Shown here: one piece after another, positions 30,780-40,576 of the stretch
Layout of the letters: the number at the start of each line of letters is the position of its first letter
Position numbering within the stretch: the stretch's first letter is position 1
Assembly: GCA_965203275.1 (NCBI GenBank)
Contig: OZ241865.1
Span: 1,664,001 to 1,728,000, forward strand
DNA: 64,000 bases
Source: Bdellovibrionales bacterium
Lineage (GTDB): Bacteria; Bdellovibrionota; Bdellovibrionia; Bdellovibrionales; JAUICD01
Direction: 5' to 3'
Notes under the pieces: generated by a model
What the model was told of the DNA's origin: nothing
Databases searched by the model: none
The model's input: the letters and a program-made list of their open reading frames with translations, nothing else
Program-made: the position numbers and the translations under genes

Positions 30780-31600
30780 ATTTTTCCTTAACATCGTGTC
30801 AATCCGGGATCTGGGATCCGGCAACCGGCATCTAAATGAACTCTTTCCTTAACATGGTGTTAAGAGAAAAAAGGATCCTCTCTACTCAAAGTGAACAGGC
30901 TTTTGAGACAATGACCATTTTGTCAAAGGCAAAAGCCTTTGCAGGCAACACTCAAGGCGTAAGAAGGAACTTTTTCCTTAACATGTGGTCAAGAGACGAG
31001 AGGATCCTTCCTACTAAAAGTAAACGGACTTTTGAGGTTGCCAGCATTTAAGAAGGCGATAGCCTTCGGCTGGCAAGCCAAAAGTAGCCAGAGGCTAGTT
31101 TACTTTTAGTGAAAAAGAGAGGTGTGGCTCATTTTGAGTGAACCAAACCCTTAACATGGTGTTTATCCGGGATCTGGGATCCGGGAACCCGGCATCAGGT
31201 CCTAAAGCATTGATTGTAATGAATTTTTTCATCTAAAAAATTTCCTCCTGAGCCCTTGGCGGGTTTAAAATGAACTTTTTCCTTAACATGGTGTTAAAAA
31301 ATGAGGAGATCCTCCCTACTAAAAGTAAACGGACTTTTGAGACATTGCTCTTTTTAGACAGCGATAGCTGTCAGAGCAAACATCAGAAGGAAATCTTTTT
31401 CCTTAACATTGTGTTAAGAAATGAGGACATCCTCCTTCCTAAAATTGAACAAGCTTTTGAGACAGTTAGCCTTTGATCGACGGCGAGAGCCGTCGGGCTA
31501 ACTGTCCAAAAGTAGCCAGAGGCTAGTTTACAAAAGTGGCCAGAGGCTTAACAGTTCAATTTCCTAAAGCAGGTAATGAATTTTTTCACTAAAAAATCGC
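30780..31600 (-). repeat. Mosaic cluster of element A (full 30973-31114, near-full 31398-31530, partials)
   Basis: Reverse-strand copies starting TTTCCTTAAC. Confidence 0.88.
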
Positions 31601-31646
31601 TTGCTGAATAAAGAAGTGAAATCCTATAAATATGGCTTGATCCGGT

Positions 31647-32510
31647 ATGGTTAAGAAGGCATACATTTTTATGTTTATTAAATTTTGTGGCTTTCAATGT
31701 AATAATGTTTGTGGGGTGTTTGCCTTCCCTCAAGAAGACTGCCCTGAAGTTTTATTTACTACTTTGGATAAAGATCATCAAAGGTTCAGAGAACTTTCAC
31801 CAGAAGCTCAAAACATGCTCCAGATAGCTTCAATCATTGCTCAAGTGACACATAGCAATAACTCTATACCTGCAAAAATAAATATTTATCATATCCTACT
31901 TGCAGCTTTGACAAAAATCCAATCAGCCAATGAGTCCATCTATCGTTTAAATTTAGTGGATATAGATGGTGATGGTGAAAATAAAAGTGCATTATTTGTT
32001 GTTTTAGAGAATCTAGGGATTTTAAGAGATTTTCAAGGATTTCTTTTAGAAGAAATAGGTTTAAGTAGAAGCGATCCAGAGCCTTTTGAATTCCAATCAG
32101 ATGGATTGCTTCTTCTCAATCTGAATGAAGCTGTATTGACATCGACAAAAATTAACTATGACAAAGAAGTTGATCGCTTATGGAATTTAGCTATTCGTGA
32201 AAAAGAAGAAGAGATCAGATACATAGATCGTCAAAATGGTCGGATTTTACAACTTAGTAATACAGAAGATGCAGTCAGGTACATAAATATTAGAGATAAG
32301 ACAAAACGATATGATAAGACTTTTCGTATTCCCACTTTTCCAGAACATTTCTTTTTAGCATCCTTACATGTTGATTTGCCTATTTTTCATTTTCTATCAG
32401 AGTATTTTGATGGTAAGACACCAGCTCAGATTAAGGATACACTCTATCCATTGATAGATCAAGCTAAGCAATCTTTTTGGAATTTTTCAAAAAAGAAGAA
32501 ACGCATATAA
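31647..32510 (+). CDS. Putative exported protein with Clp N-domain-like repeats
   Basis: N-terminus ..VFAFPQEDCPEVL; FRELSPEAQNMLQIA..INIYHILLAAL and PEHFFLASL. Confidence 0.5.
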   Translation: MVKKAYIFMFIKFCGFQCNNVCGVFAFPQEDCPEVLFTTLDKDHQRFRELSPEAQNMLQIASIIAQVTHSNNSIPAKINIYHILLAALTKIQSANESIYRLNLVDIDGDGENKSALFVVLENLGILRDFQGFLLEEIGLSRSDPEPFEFQSDGLLLLNLNEAVLTSTKINYDKEVDRLWNLAIREKEEEIRYIDRQNGRILQLSNTEDAVRYINIRDKTKRYDKTFRIPTFPEHFFLASLHVDLPIFHFLSEYFDGKTPAQIKDTLYPLIDQAKQSFWNFSKKKKRI

Positions 32511-33032
32511 TTGACTTACACAAAAGAACAAAAAGCAGAGGCTATTGATTTAGCTATTGAAATGAGTAAAAAGATAGGAGTTAAAAAAGCCTCTGCAAAA
32601 GTAGCAAAGCAGAAAAAGATCAATCGCGGAGTTCTGGAAAGGTTGGTTTATAAATATAAAAGACATTATAATTTACCTAAGAGCCACAAAACTTATTCTG
32701 AAGAAGAAAAAGCAAAGGCTATCGATCTAGTTATTAAAAGAAGTGAAGATATAGGATTTAAAGAAGCTACCTTAGAAATAGCAGAGAAGGAAAATATCAA
32801 TCCTAACACTCTAAGTGGTTGGGTTTCTAAACATAAAAAAGATCATAAATTATCTAAGAGTAAGAAAGTTTATTCTGAAGAAGAAAAAGCAGAGGCTATT
32901 GATGCAGTTATTGAAATGAGTAAAACAATAGGAGTTAACAAATCCTTTGCAAAAATATCAGAGCAAAAAAATATTCCTGTTCCTACTTTGGAGAGATGGG
33001 TTTATAAATATAAAAGAGAGGCATTGCTCTAG
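32511..33032 (+). pseudogene. Three tandem HTH_Tnp_1-like repeats; probably the C-terminus of 31647 cut off by an in-frame TAA
   Basis: YSEEEKAEAID..TLERWVYKYK x3, same frame directly after the stop, no RBS; a degraded 4th repeat follows. Confidence 0.6.
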
Positions 33033-33244
33033 TTATTAACAGAGAGTAAGAGATAGGATCTGAAAAAGCTATTGCGGAAGCCTCAAAAGAAGCAAGGACC
33101 TGCGAGACCTGCGAGTGTTCAACAAGCTAAAAGCGAAGATATTACACCTGCAAATGGCTTAACCAACTTCCAAAAAGTCTCCTGCACCACAAAGACGTTG
33201 TTCCCTACATTGGTTCCGTTAGTTCCTTCAAAGTAATCATTAAG

Positions 33245-34047
33245 TTTATCCGGGATCTCGGATTCCATATAAACATCATGTTAAGGAAACAAGAGTTCCT
33301 TTTTTTGTTTTTTTATTTTTTTAGATTCTGCGTAACTCTCAAACAAAAAGTAATTAGGTGGAGGATGGGGCAGTGGGAGACTGAAGATCTTCCGCAAATT
33401 GAGCTTGCTTCCCAAAAAGATTTTAGAGGCATATCTTGTTTCCTTAACATGGTGTCAGAAGCAAGGAGATCCGCTCTACTCAAAATGAGCAGATTTTTGA
33501 GGCATTGCTCTTTTTAGACAGCGATAGCTGTCAGAGCAAACATCAGAAGGAAATCTTTTTCCTTAACATGTGGTCAAGAGACGAGAGGATCCTCCCCTAC
33601 TAAAAGTAAACGGACTTTTGAGGTAGCCAGCCTTTGATCGACGGCGGTAGCCGTCGGGCTGGCTACCCAAAAGTGACCAGAGGTCAGTTTACTTTTAGTG
33701 AAAAACAGAGGTGTGGCTCATTTTGAGTGAAATGTTAAGGAAACAGAGTTTCATTTGTAGACCCGCCTGCTCCTTAAAAACATTTTAGAAGCATATCTTG
33801 TTTCCTTAACATGCTGTAAAGGAATAAAAGGATCCTCTCTACTTAAAATGAACAAGCTTTTGAGGTAGCCAGCCTTTGATCGACGGCGTGAGCCGTCGGG
33901 CTGGCTACCCAAAAGTGGCCAGAGGCCAGTTCATTTTGAGTGAAATGTTAAGGAAAAAGTTCAGTTTTAGGGCCTGTTGCCGGATCCCAGATCCCGGATC
34001 CCGGATCCCAGATCCCGGATGCCGGATCCCGGATAAATACCATGTTA
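33245..34047. repeat. Mosaic cluster of element A (33558-33703-, 33801-33945-), partial E, GATCCC module
   Basis: Identity to other copies. Confidence 0.88.
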
Positions 34048-34062
34048 CAGTCAGTGATGATG

Positions 34063-35958
34063 TCAATCATCAGGCCAGGCTTCGACTGCCCGTTTTCTTT
34101 CAATGACACGATTTATGTATTCATAATAGAATTGTTCTTGGATATTTATTTTGGTATCCCTACTGTTTTCTTGAGCATATTCTAGTTTAAGGCGTAGGGA
34201 ATTATTAGATGATATCTCACTTTCTAGGATTTCAAGCTCTCTTTGTTTGCTCCGCCCTAATAGATTCTGTCTTTTGCATTGGCTTATTAATGTTATATCG
34301 CTATAGTTAAAATTATAGCAGTCATTATAAAGCTTAACATCATTTCTCGTAGGGCAGTTGTTATAAAGAATAACATTAAAATGAATGGGATCTAAAAGAG
34401 AGACATCTTGACCTGATTTAAAAACATTATTCCATCTATCCAATACATTGGCCATAATGCTATTATATTGTTCAATATAAGGACTATCATTGTTATTTGT
34501 TGAAGGAATTATACTAGAGTATTCAGGGTATCCAGGATTTTCAAATTCATCATCCCAAATTTCGTCAGTAGACCAAGACTTGTCATATTCATCTTCTAAT
34601 CCAAAGATATGAAGTAGTTCATGAAGTATAATAGGGCAATCTATATTGCTTGAATATTCATCAAATCTTGTCATCATAAAATTAGGAAGAGTTATAGTTA
34701 TTGTGTGTGCTGGGGTGCAAATATCTTTCTTTTCATAAGCGTCTTCAAGAACAATCTCTAGCTTTTCACCACGTGGTCCTAACATCTTAGGATTTACTTG
34801 ATTCATACACTGCCTTGCTTTATTTAAAAAATGTGTATGGATATGGTGATCATAAGCTTCTGATACCTCTTGGCCGTCTGAGCCTGAAAATCCATGATCG
34901 GTATTGAAAGGATCAGCAGGAGCTATAGAGGTAAATTTTATAGATACAGATATTTTATAGTGATTATTATTTTCTTTTTTAACAATGTAATTGGCAATGT
35001 CACCTACTTTTTCTCTTTCTTCACCAATTGAATACTCACTACACAAAAGATGATCATTGATTTCATTTAGAAAACTTTGAGTATCACTTAAAATGGTTTC
35101 CTGGCTTAGATAACTTTCAACTGTTTGAGGGTTATGTTGTATCTGTGCTGTCAGTAAAGACAGACGTCTTTGGATCATCCGATTGTTCGTCAATATGTTT
35201 TGGCATATAGGATGATTACTTTCCTGCTGACAACGATTTGGTATAGATGATAATTTTAAAAGAAACCTATTATAACTCTCATCATAACGACGATGACCAC
35301 TTACACCTTCTTGGAGAAAAACTATCATAGCTCTTAAACAAGCATCTCCCATTCTTTTTAATTGATCCAATGCCTGATTAGATTGCTGTGGAGAACCATA
35401 GATTAACATTTGAGCCACATCAGGATGGCGACATATATCACATCCTGCATCAAAGAGAGTTTCGACCTCATTTACCAGGCTTTGATCAAGAGAGTCCACA
35501 GGTTTATAATTATCAGGATATAAAATACGACTGGCTTGATGCTGTAATAGTTGCTGTTGTATATTTATACTTATAGGTTCTATTTCTTGTAAACAAGATT
35601 CATATTCATCTTCATCATGATCATGATTAGAATCATATAGATATAGCTCCATATCCATAATACATAAGAGTTCCATTGTATAGTTTAAGTCATTTATCCA
35701 CTCTTTATTTTCACGATCTGACTGATTTAGCCATTGCTTAGCCCGTTCTAAAAAAGATGATCTGTTGATCATTCTTCTATTATTATCAAAATGAATAATA
35801 AATGATTGGCTTTCATCATTGAAGTGATGAATGGTGACACTCTTCTGGTTATTTTCTACACTAGAATCTACCTTTGTGGAGGAGGATCTTTGTTGAGAAT
35901 CAGCAACAGTAGTGTAAAATATAATCAAAAGAAAATATAATAATCTATATGTTTTCAT
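34063..35958 (-). CDS. Secreted zinc metallopeptidase-like protein
   Basis: Signal peptide; HELLHIFGLEDEY and NSIMA Met-turn. Confidence 0.8.
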   Translation of the reverse strand: MKTYRLLYFLLIIFYTTVADSQQRSSSTKVDSSVENNQKSVTIHHFNDESQSFIIHFDNNRRMINRSSFLERAKQWLNQSDRENKEWINDLNYTMELLCIMDMELYLYDSNHDHDEDEYESCLQEIEPISINIQQQLLQHQASRILYPDNYKPVDSLDQSLVNEVETLFDAGCDICRHPDVAQMLIYGSPQQSNQALDQLKRMGDACLRAMIVFLQEGVSGHRRYDESYNRFLLKLSSIPNRCQQESNHPICQNILTNNRMIQRRLSLLTAQIQHNPQTVESYLSQETILSDTQSFLNEINDHLLCSEYSIGEEREKVGDIANYIVKKENNNHYKISVSIKFTSIAPADPFNTDHGFSGSDGQEVSEAYDHHIHTHFLNKARQCMNQVNPKMLGPRGEKLEIVLEDAYEKKDICTPAHTITITLPNFMMTRFDEYSSNIDCPIILHELLHIFGLEDEYDKSWSTDEIWDDEFENPGYPEYSSIIPSTNNNDSPYIEQYNSIMANVLDRWNNVFKSGQDVSLLDPIHFNVILYNNCPTRNDVKLYNDCYNFNYSDITLISQCKRQNLLGRSKQRELEILESEISSNNSLRLKLEYAQENSRDTKINIQEQFYYEYINRVIERKRAVEAWPDD

Positions 35959-36173
35959 TACCTTCCCTCCTTATTTACATATTCATTAATTAATTATGAT
36001 TTTGCATCTTTAATACTATTTTGTGTGTATATCATTCAGATAATGATCAAGTCAAGAGGTTTTTTGAAGCTTTGTAAAAATTACATACATTTTTAGTATT
36101 ATGGTGTAAATAATAGCTAGCAAAGGGGAAAAGCATTGCAGTATAGAGTTATATTTTAGCTAGTGAGATCAAC

Positions 36174-39100
36174 TTAATAACTGTCTGGACCACATGTATG
36201 ATTATGAGTACCTCTACACACACCCATCCTCTTATCCTTTTCTGTATATGTACAAGTTCTGGGTCCATCACTACTTACAGTACAGACATTTCTAGCTCGA
36301 CAACCATCTGTAGGTGCTTCGCATCTTCTAGTTGTACGAGAACAGAGTTCACTATCAGTATATCCTGCTTTACTACAAGTCCATGTCGTCTGTGTGATCG
36401 TATGCCTAATGAGATCATCCTCAATATCACAACTGATATTTTTTTTATGTCTATTACGCCTCTTACTATACACACCTCCATGACATTCTTTTCTTATTTC
36501 CCGAGTGTTTCTATTAACAGCTGAGCAGGGATAACCACATCCAAGATGTGGAGTATTACAAGTGCATTTTGGTTTAGAAGGCCCTGGTGTGTCGACAGCG
36601 ATACAACCGATACCATCGGCATTCTTAATATATCCATCCTGGCACCTGCGATTAAAGCATCCAGAGTCTGGATGCTGGTGGCATCTTGTTCCCGGTGGCA
36701 GTTTATCATTACAAGCACTTGCATTGTTATATTCACATGTTGATTCTGGTACAGTTATAGGGTCAGATACAGGATTAGATGAAGAAGAAGGTATAGAATC
36801 TCTATAACAACAATATTTCATAGGATGCGTCTTGTCTTTGATCTCCCATATATCTCTTGATGTTAGGCCAGGAGGCACGACATCTTTCCAACCGCCAGGT
36901 CCAGTTCCATATTTTTTTAACAATGCACAAGGTGTATTCTTTGATGTATTTGTAACCATAAAGAATTCTTTATTTCCATTTCCAACAGGTGGTGGTTTGT
37001 CCTCTGCTGCACGGCAAGTTTTGTGTTGCATCCAAAGAGGATGCTTTAATTTTTTCATCATTAGATTACAAGCATGTCCACAAGATGGATAACACACTCC
37101 ACCCACATCTCTAACATGGCATTGCAATGGAGTACCACAGGTTTTTGATGCACAATAATCACCTGAGCATCCATCACCGCAGGCTCCATGAGGATTATCA
37201 GGATCAATAGGTGAAGCAGTAGGGTCAGGCTTAGGCTTAGGAGGTTTAGGAGGTGATGACTTACTACATATAGGTTTTCTTTCGCTACATTTGTCTTGTG
37301 AGAAATGCCTACCCCCAACACCCTTAGTTCCACATCCTCCATTAGGAGTGCCACAAATTCCATTAAAGTTTATTGTACAGCTCCTCTTGCTACCTGGTGC
37401 ATAGATGGGATCACAATTACATTTCTTCATTGCTCCGGTTGGATTACCATCTTTATCTTTAACAGGACATTGCTTACAATTTCTTTCACCTACTTGGTTA
37501 CCTTTTACAGAACAAGGTTGACCTGCTTGACCAGCACATAAACCTTTATATTTTTTACGTGACCCACTTTCTGTCAATTGACAAGTATAACCTCCTTTAG
37601 AAAACTGACATGAATCATTTTGTTTTTTGCCATGGCATTTACTCGTTGGCCCTGTAACGCCACTAAAAGGTTTTGTTGCATTACAAGGAAGAGTGTAACG
37701 ACAATTATAAAGACCTAAAGGAGGGCAACCAGATTGTGAGTCTTGTTGATCGTTACCTCCACCTCTAGGGCGAATACACACATTTGAATGACGATTTTCA
37801 TCAACACATCGATATTTGTCCACACCACCGCAATCATCCTTATAACCATCGCAACATATTAAACCTGGCTGGCACTCCACATATTGACAAGAGCCTCCAT
37901 CCTTGCTTGGCTCTGCAACATATATTCCCCAGCCTCTATTCGTATCTTGACACTCATTGCCTCCGCAGACATGGTAATAGCGAGCTCCCATCTTTTGAGG
38001 ATTGCATCCATTAGAGTCACTGCCAACGCTATTGACAAACTGACACCTAATGATCCCACCATTGCCATCTGTTCTGGTCTTGTTACCATATTCCTTTTCA
38101 AAACAATCCATTGTATAATGTTTAGGAAACTTTCCTTCTGTTGTCTTTGCAGGTACTTTTGAATCAATCTCATAAGGAGCCTCCTGGTTAGTAAACCAAT
38201 ACAGATTGTTAAAATCTTTTGACTTAAATGTATTTGGCAAATCTGTATCCCATACAAGATCTTGCTTTACACCCACATCACAAATATCCTCAGGTTCAAA
38301 TATGACTGTTTGACGGCCATGGGTGATGCTTTGTAACTCACCCTGACAGATGCCAAGGTCCTGATCATTAGATGTGTTCACAATACCACTTAGAGGAACT
38401 TGCCCACTTCCATCCCTATGCTTACCTGTGATATTGCATTTTTCAAGATTATGAGTGAATTGATCCTCTTGTAAAGATTTGAATTGGACATTTTCTTGAT
38501 TGCATTGAATCCATTTATTCGAAAGAGAATTTGTGGGTAGTTGCCAGTTTGTAGACCTGTTTGCATGATAACGCCTACCCTTTCTACCATCACTGGGCCT
38601 GCCTACAGCATCATTTGTAATATCTCGTGAGTTAGAATCAATAGTAGGCCTTTTAGCGTCTATGTAAAATGAAAAAATATGCTTACTAGCAGATCTTTCC
38701 AATGTAGACACCTCTATCATTTCTAGGTCGTATCTTCTATTCTCCTGCAAATCATTGAAGGTCAATCTTAACTTATTGTTGGCAAGTAAACTAGCAGTTG
38801 TACTACCAGACTGCTGGGGAAACTTAAAATTATGACATCGTCTCCATTGTTCCATCTGAGGTGTACACCCTGTAGCCGTATGTGCTTTGTTTCTATTAGT
38901 GCCACTCACACATGCCATTGAAGCCCTACATAAAAGCAAGGTTGCTGCCTCCTCTTGACCGCCAGTGACTGCAAAATTGCCAAAATTCAAAATTGCTGTG
39001 ATATCATTGTAATCATTCCCATCTGTATCACAGGAGGTTTGCTTGCGAGCTGTATTGGGTAATAAATTCTTGTTGTGACCATTTACAAGTGATTCCACTG

Positions 39101-40151
39101 TGATCTGACGATGACCTAAATTCCCTGTTAAAGTCTTTGTCTGATGAGAAAATATTCGCATTGACTCACAAGACATCTCTTGACCATTTTTTTCATACTT
39201 GAGCTTGACCTTAAATTGAAATCCTAAATCATTGTTACCTAAATAATAAGAACGAAAATGATTATTAGATGATATCATTCGTTGAGTACTAGCAGGCGTA
39301 GACAATCTTGGACTTGTTAAAATCAACTTATGACTGGAATCACTTGGATGTCTTGGACAATTATACGTAGCTGTTTTAAATACTCCACCTTCATAATATA
39401 TTTTATAACAAGTTATATCGTTATAATTTTCTAGAAGCTCATTTCTGGGCAATCTCACTGGAGTGATTTTAATATAATAACTCATATTTTGTAAATTATA
39501 TTGTCGACGATACTTATACCACAAGCTATGCATCCTATCATCGGTGAGTGTAGATAAACTATCATCAATAACAAACTTTTTACCCAATCCATTATTGCCT
39601 TTAAAAAATTGAGGATCCTTATTATAAAGATATTGTAAAAAATTAACAGAATTAATTAATAAAACAGAAGATGAGCTTTCTAAAACCACTTGATTTGTAT
39701 TACTGACCACATTTACAAGAGGTATACCTGTATTGACCCAGGAAAGTGTAGGCATATTTTCATTCATTAAACTTTTGTATAGTTTTTTATAGTGATCAGA
39801 AGCAGGGATACTTTGACCTAGCTTCACATCTTCCCAATTTCCATCATCACCATAACTTGTACCAGATTTCGACTTAATAAAGAGAGGATTATATCCCGAA
39901 GCAGAATTTGTCGAAGAAATTTTATAACCATAAAGACGCGTTCCTAATGATACAACTCTATCAATAGCCTTTTTAGCTATCATGCTACACTGAGAATCTT
40001 GAGCAGTTGAACTCAAAGTTATCTTTGATTGAGTAAAGAAATAAGTGCTACTTACAGCAATAGTGGCTAAAAGACTCGCACCTACAAGTACTCCTACTAA
40101 GGATACTCCTCTTTGTTGAGTTAGATGATATTTAAAACTCTTAAGAAACAT
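36174..40151 (-). CDS. Giant Cys-rich protein with prepilin-like N-terminus
   Basis: QQRG|VSLVGVLVGASLLA; Cys-dense C-terminal half. Confidence 0.75.
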   Translation of the reverse strand: MFLKSFKYHLTQQRGVSLVGVLVGASLLATIAVSSTYFFTQSKITLSSTAQDSQCSMIAKKAIDRVVSLGTRLYGYKISSTNSASGYNPLFIKSKSGTSYGDDGNWEDVKLGQSIPASDHYKKLYKSLMNENMPTLSWVNTGIPLVNVVSNTNQVVLESSSSVLLINSVNFLQYLYNKDPQFFKGNNGLGKKFVIDDSLSTLTDDRMHSLWYKYRRQYNLQNMSYYIKITPVRLPRNELLENYNDITCYKIYYEGGVFKTATYNCPRHPSDSSHKLILTSPRLSTPASTQRMISSNNHFRSYYLGNNDLGFQFKVKLKYEKNGQEMSCESMRIFSHQTKTLTGNLGHRQITVESLVNGHNKNLLPNTARKQTSCDTDGNDYNDITAILNFGNFAVTGGQEEAATLLLCRASMACVSGTNRNKAHTATGCTPQMEQWRRCHNFKFPQQSGSTTASLLANNKLRLTFNDLQENRRYDLEMIEVSTLERSASKHIFSFYIDAKRPTIDSNSRDITNDAVGRPSDGRKGRRYHANRSTNWQLPTNSLSNKWIQCNQENVQFKSLQEDQFTHNLEKCNITGKHRDGSGQVPLSGIVNTSNDQDLGICQGELQSITHGRQTVIFEPEDICDVGVKQDLVWDTDLPNTFKSKDFNNLYWFTNQEAPYEIDSKVPAKTTEGKFPKHYTMDCFEKEYGNKTRTDGNGGIIRCQFVNSVGSDSNGCNPQKMGARYYHVCGGNECQDTNRGWGIYVAEPSKDGGSCQYVECQPGLICCDGYKDDCGGVDKYRCVDENRHSNVCIRPRGGGNDQQDSQSGCPPLGLYNCRYTLPCNATKPFSGVTGPTSKCHGKKQNDSCQFSKGGYTCQLTESGSRKKYKGLCAGQAGQPCSVKGNQVGERNCKQCPVKDKDGNPTGAMKKCNCDPIYAPGSKRSCTINFNGICGTPNGGCGTKGVGGRHFSQDKCSERKPICSKSSPPKPPKPKPDPTASPIDPDNPHGACGDGCSGDYCASKTCGTPLQCHVRDVGGVCYPSCGHACNLMMKKLKHPLWMQHKTCRAAEDKPPPVGNGNKEFFMVTNTSKNTPCALLKKYGTGPGGWKDVVPPGLTSRDIWEIKDKTHPMKYCCYRDSIPSSSSNPVSDPITVPESTCEYNNASACNDKLPPGTRCHQHPDSGCFNRRCQDGYIKNADGIGCIAVDTPGPSKPKCTCNTPHLGCGYPCSAVNRNTREIRKECHGGVYSKRRNRHKKNISCDIEDDLIRHTITQTTWTCSKAGYTDSELCSRTTRRCEAPTDGCRARNVCTVSSDGPRTCTYTEKDKRMGVCRGTHNHTCGPDSY

Positions 40152-40446
40152 CGTGGATGGCCTCAATTTTTCAATAATTTCAATAATGGAATAAATGCAT
40201 ACTTTATTAGATTTATCGGATGATCTCTTTAAAAAGATAAATAAATCCTTAAGAAATCTTTAGCTCAAAATAATTTGACTCAAAATAAGACATAGTAAAT
40301 GGCAATTAAATTATTCTTCTTAAGAATATTTAGAGTATTTTTGATAGATGGCCGTCCGCTATCTAATGAAAAGATGTATATTTTGTTTAATATCCGGCCT
40401 TTGTTTAGATTCTGAAAATAAAATCAGTCTATATCGCATATTAACT

Positions 40447-40462
40447 TGGCATATATATTGCT
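40447..40462 (+). promoter_or_regulatory. Sigma54-type promoter
   Basis: TGGCATATATATTGCT. Confidence 0.6.
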
Positions 40463-40576
40463 TCCTAAAAGCTGTAAGTATTTTAAAGTGGATAACCTTC
40501 AACGAGATATTTTTAACGAGATATTAATATGTCGTGACATAAATATATATATAAACAATTTTATTCGGAGGTCATT

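Noticed and set aside
32511..33032. IS3 transposase orfA
   Set aside because: Three tandem HTHs with no integrase orfB or terminal inverted repeats.
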